Below, in pieces: positions 61,556-64,000 of a DNA stretch of 64,000 nt. Within the stretch, counting starts at the first letter, position 1; every line of letters starts with the position of its first letter. The notes under the pieces were generated by a model. The model did not search any database and was not told where the DNA came from. It was given only the letters and a program-made list of their open reading frames with translations. The stretch comes from an uncultured candidate division Zixibacteria bacterium (GTDB lineage: Bacteria; Zixibacteria; MSB-5A5; UBA10806): the NCBI GenBank assembly GCA_963817915.1, contig CAWFQL010000003.1, forward strand, positions 64,001 through 128,000, in the 5' to 3' direction. The position numbers were made by a program, and so were the translations under genes.

Positions 61556-61775
61556 GTAGTCCGGCAATTCCGGATTTTCAATCCGGCAATTGCCGGGCGT
61601 GAACTGGCGGGCGTGACGGCCAAAACTTTAGGGATGGCATGCTTATTCCAACCTGCTAATATCCGGGAATACATATCGCTTCACTCGCCCAGTTCACGCC
61701 CCGACATTTCATGTCGGGACTACGAGCCGGAGGGCCCGCGGCATTTTCCTGCGAGTCACGCCTTGGCGTGACCGC
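61556..61775. repeat. GTAG-REP inverted doublet plus a GCGAGTCAC hairpin
   Basis: 61691-61723 is the near-exact reverse complement of 24101-24132. Confidence 0.75.
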
Positions 61776-61896
61776 ATCCCGTCCTCATTTGCGGTCAGTG
61801 TTAATCCGCCATTTGTTTGGCGGGCAAGTCGTGATACGCAGCAATAGTTTTCGCTGTCTATTGAGTGATAATTCATTTATTTTAGGCCGGGAGCTG

Positions 61897-62409
61897 ATGA
61901 TGGAATCATTCGAAATCGAGGTCAAGCTGACTAAGGGCGATATTATTGAATATAATTTTATGCATATTCGCTGGCTGCTGCTTCTGGATATTATCGCATT
62001 TATAATACTTATTGTAGGAGTATATATTTCAATAATCTACCCGGACCGGGAAACAAGGGAGACGCTCGGCATGCTGGCATTCTGGTGGGCCGCGATCTTA
62101 GCGGTAGGGCTGTCGCAGCCCTTTGTGCTTATAATGCAGATATTGATTCTGAAAAGCCCGGCAGTCGAAAAACAGATGATGGCGCGAAGATATATTTTGG
62201 ATTCAACGGGTATTCATATCAAATCCGATGAGCGCGACGTCAATATGCCCTGGGCTAAAATAGAGATGGTCAGGGAGACACGAAAAATAGTGCTGATTTA
62301 TACCAATCCCAAGCTCGCCTATATAGTGCCTAAGAGATATTTCTCATCCAAAGACGAAATGAATAGATTTATTTTATTTCTATCTTCAAAAATCGGGAAA
62401 GATAGATAA
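61897..62409 (+). CDS. YcxB-like membrane protein
   Basis: Two TMs, then GIHI..PW..I..ET..AYIVPKR. ATG at 61897/61900 follows GGGAG; the tracked upstream extension crosses REP DNA. Confidence 0.78.
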   Translation: MMESFEIEVKLTKGDIIEYNFMHIRWLLLLDIIAFIILIVGVYISIIYPDRETRETLGMLAFWWAAILAVGLSQPFVLIMQILILKSPAVEKQMMARRYILDSTGIHIKSDERDVNMPWAKIEMVRETRKIVLIYTNPKLAYIVPKRYFSSKDEMNRFILFLSSKIGKDR

Positions 62410-62457
62410 AAAAAACCGCCTGGATAGGCGGCTTAATCAATGAAATCTTTTGGCTTT

Positions 62458-63042
62458 CTAAAATACCATTCTCAATCCGGCCGAAGCTGCGATAATATCT
62501 TTATCCGCGTCCAAATTCGAGACGATCCCGATATATCGTCCTTCAACAAAACAATATAAATTACTTTTCAATTTTCCTTCGATTCCCAACCCACCGGCTA
62601 AAAATGGCACTGTATGAAGGTGCACCGAGCGCAATTCATATTGATTTGTGCCGGTTAAGAGAACTTTGCGTTTCAATTCAAGGAAGTAAGCGCCAAATCC
62701 ACCTATAACATATCCGGAAAATTTCGATGAGATATCGAGACCCCTGTATTTCTCAAAGAACCCTGCCCCAAGACCGCTATATTGATGCTTGGTGCTCATA
62801 GTATCTTCTGGAAATGTCAAATAATAGGTCGATTTCCATTTTTCAAATTCAAGCTGCGTCACGAATTTCGAATCCGGAAGACCAAAATTGGCAGTAATTC
62901 CGCCGCCATAAGCAGTCGAATAGCCGCTTCCAGGGGATGCTACAATTGCCTTAACGCCCAGTCCAAAATGCCAGTATTCAGCTCCGGCGGCAACACCTGA
63001 TACTAATAGCAAAACCGCGCATATTCCGAAGATTTTCCTCAT
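62458..63042 (-). CDS. Small outer-membrane beta-barrel protein
   Basis: Signal peptide, ~8 amphipathic strands, terminal GLRMVF. Confidence 0.75.
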   Translation of the reverse strand: MRKIFGICAVLLLVSGVAAGAEYWHFGLGVKAIVASPGSGYSTAYGGGITANFGLPDSKFVTQLEFEKWKSTYYLTFPEDTMSTKHQYSGLGAGFFEKYRGLDISSKFSGYVIGGFGAYFLELKRKVLLTGTNQYELRSVHLHTVPFLAGGLGIEGKLKSNLYCFVEGRYIGIVSNLDADKDIIAASAGLRMVF

Positions 63043-63196
63043 CTAAATTTCTCCTTTTGCCACAAGTATTATCATTTCAACGGCGACTAATATAATCGAT
63101 GCTTTATAAAAGGGCAAGAAGCTATATGATTCTTTTAAAGAATTATTGGAAATCGATTAATATGAAATATTAGGAATTGGGATCAAGAATTATGAT

Positions 63197-63928
63197 TTAT
63201 TTCCGTTTAAGCTTGTCCATTCGAAATAGCTTTTTCAAGAATAGTCTCCAGACTCCGAAGACAGCTTCAATGACTATTCTCTTTGACATTTTGGACGATC
63301 CGGCGCGCCTGTCAATGAATAAAATCGGAATTTCCTTTAATCTAAATCCGGCTCTCCAGACATAGAAATTCATCTCGATCTGGAAGCCGTAACCATTGGA
63401 TTTAATTCGTTTGAGGTCCAGCCATTCAAGGACTTCACGCCGGAAGCATTTGAAACCGCCGGTGGGATCATTTACCGGCATACCGGTAATAAATCTGACA
63501 TAAATCGACGCGAAATATGAGAGCATCAAACGGGATAATGGCCAATTCACTATCGAAATACCGTTGCTGTACCGTGAACCGATAACAAGATCATTATCCT
63601 GAATCGTCTTACGAAAATCAGCGATATATTTGGGGTCATGCGAGAAATCAGCGTCCATTTCCATAAAATATCCGATTTGCGGCAGCTTTAGACCGAATGT
63701 AAATCCATCGACATAGGCGGTTCCCAATCCGAGCTTGCCGGGCCGTTTCAGGATGTGGATACGAGGATTGGTTTTGATCAATGATTCTACGATAGCTGCC
63801 GTACCATCGGGAGAATTGTCATCGATAATAAGAATTTCGATATCATCTCCCTGGGAAAGAACAGAGGAAATGATATTATTGATGTTTTCTTTCTCATTGT
63901 AAGTTGGAATGCACACTAAGATATTCAT
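63197..63928 (-). CDS. Polyprenol-phosphate mannose synthase (GT2, Dpm1/Ppm1-like)
   Basis: IPTYNE, DDNSPDGT, GLGTAY, MDADFSH and GYGFQIE motifs. Confidence 0.92.
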   Translation of the reverse strand: MNILVCIPTYNEKENINNIISSVLSQGDDIEILIIDDNSPDGTAAIVESLIKTNPRIHILKRPGKLGLGTAYVDGFTFGLKLPQIGYFMEMDADFSHDPKYIADFRKTIQDNDLVIGSRYSNGISIVNWPLSRLMLSYFASIYVRFITGMPVNDPTGGFKCFRREVLEWLDLKRIKSNGYGFQIEMNFYVWRAGFRLKEIPILFIDRRAGSSKMSKRIVIEAVFGVWRLFLKKLFRMDKLKRK

Positions 63929-64000
63929 CGTACCCTCGAAGATAAAAGATAGCATATACCGCCTATTAAAAGCAAGCTCCAGTAACTGATTAAACGATCA

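Noticed and set aside
179..63365. Numerous short overlapping or antisense ORFs in the track (for example 3150..3722+, 10504..11040-, 48671..49360+, 12331..12576-, 15052..15426+)
   Set aside because: They are shadows of well-supported genes or translations of REP DNA, with no motifs or RBS.

Overview
A 64-kb bacterial chromosomal window. Proteins with Por/T9SS-type C-terminal domains, a gingipain-like C25 protein and many secreted beta-propeller proteins suggest an FCB-affiliated Gram-negative such as Zixibacteria; this is inferred from gene content only. Main contents in order: (1) a chaperone-usher-like pilus locus with five tandem paralogous pilins; (2) mobB, a 123-bp x4 tandem repeat, an M32 carboxypeptidase, an orphan HTH-nucleotidyltransferase between composite REP cassettes, and a GmrSD(DUF262/HNH)-Schlafen(AlbA_2) fusion; (3) perR-ahpC, comB and gcvT; (4) the standout locus, an ~11-kb operon resembling a complete cytoplasm-to-surface electron conduit. 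It encodes a His-rich membrane cytochrome-b-like protein, a 20-heme Lys-rich cytochrome, a ~1500-aa cytochrome with 61 CxxCH motifs built from 72-aa triheme repeats (broken here by probable sequencing indels), a 10-heme short paralog, an outer-membrane beta-barrel and a membrane-anchored, apparently circularly permuted 2x[4Fe-4S]/FAD/NAD(P)H oxidoreductase; (5) a 7-CxxCH cytochrome with the OmcS nanowire motif order, preceded by a Rex-like operator; (6) a complete reductive pyrimidine catabolic operon; (7) gyrA with a PVC-like quinolone-binding region. About ten frame breaks, mostly single-base, one of them in essential gyrA, indicate consensus errors rather than pseudogenes. No rRNA, tRNA, CRISPR array or transposase was recognised. 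All family assignments come from motif recognition by eye, not database searches.
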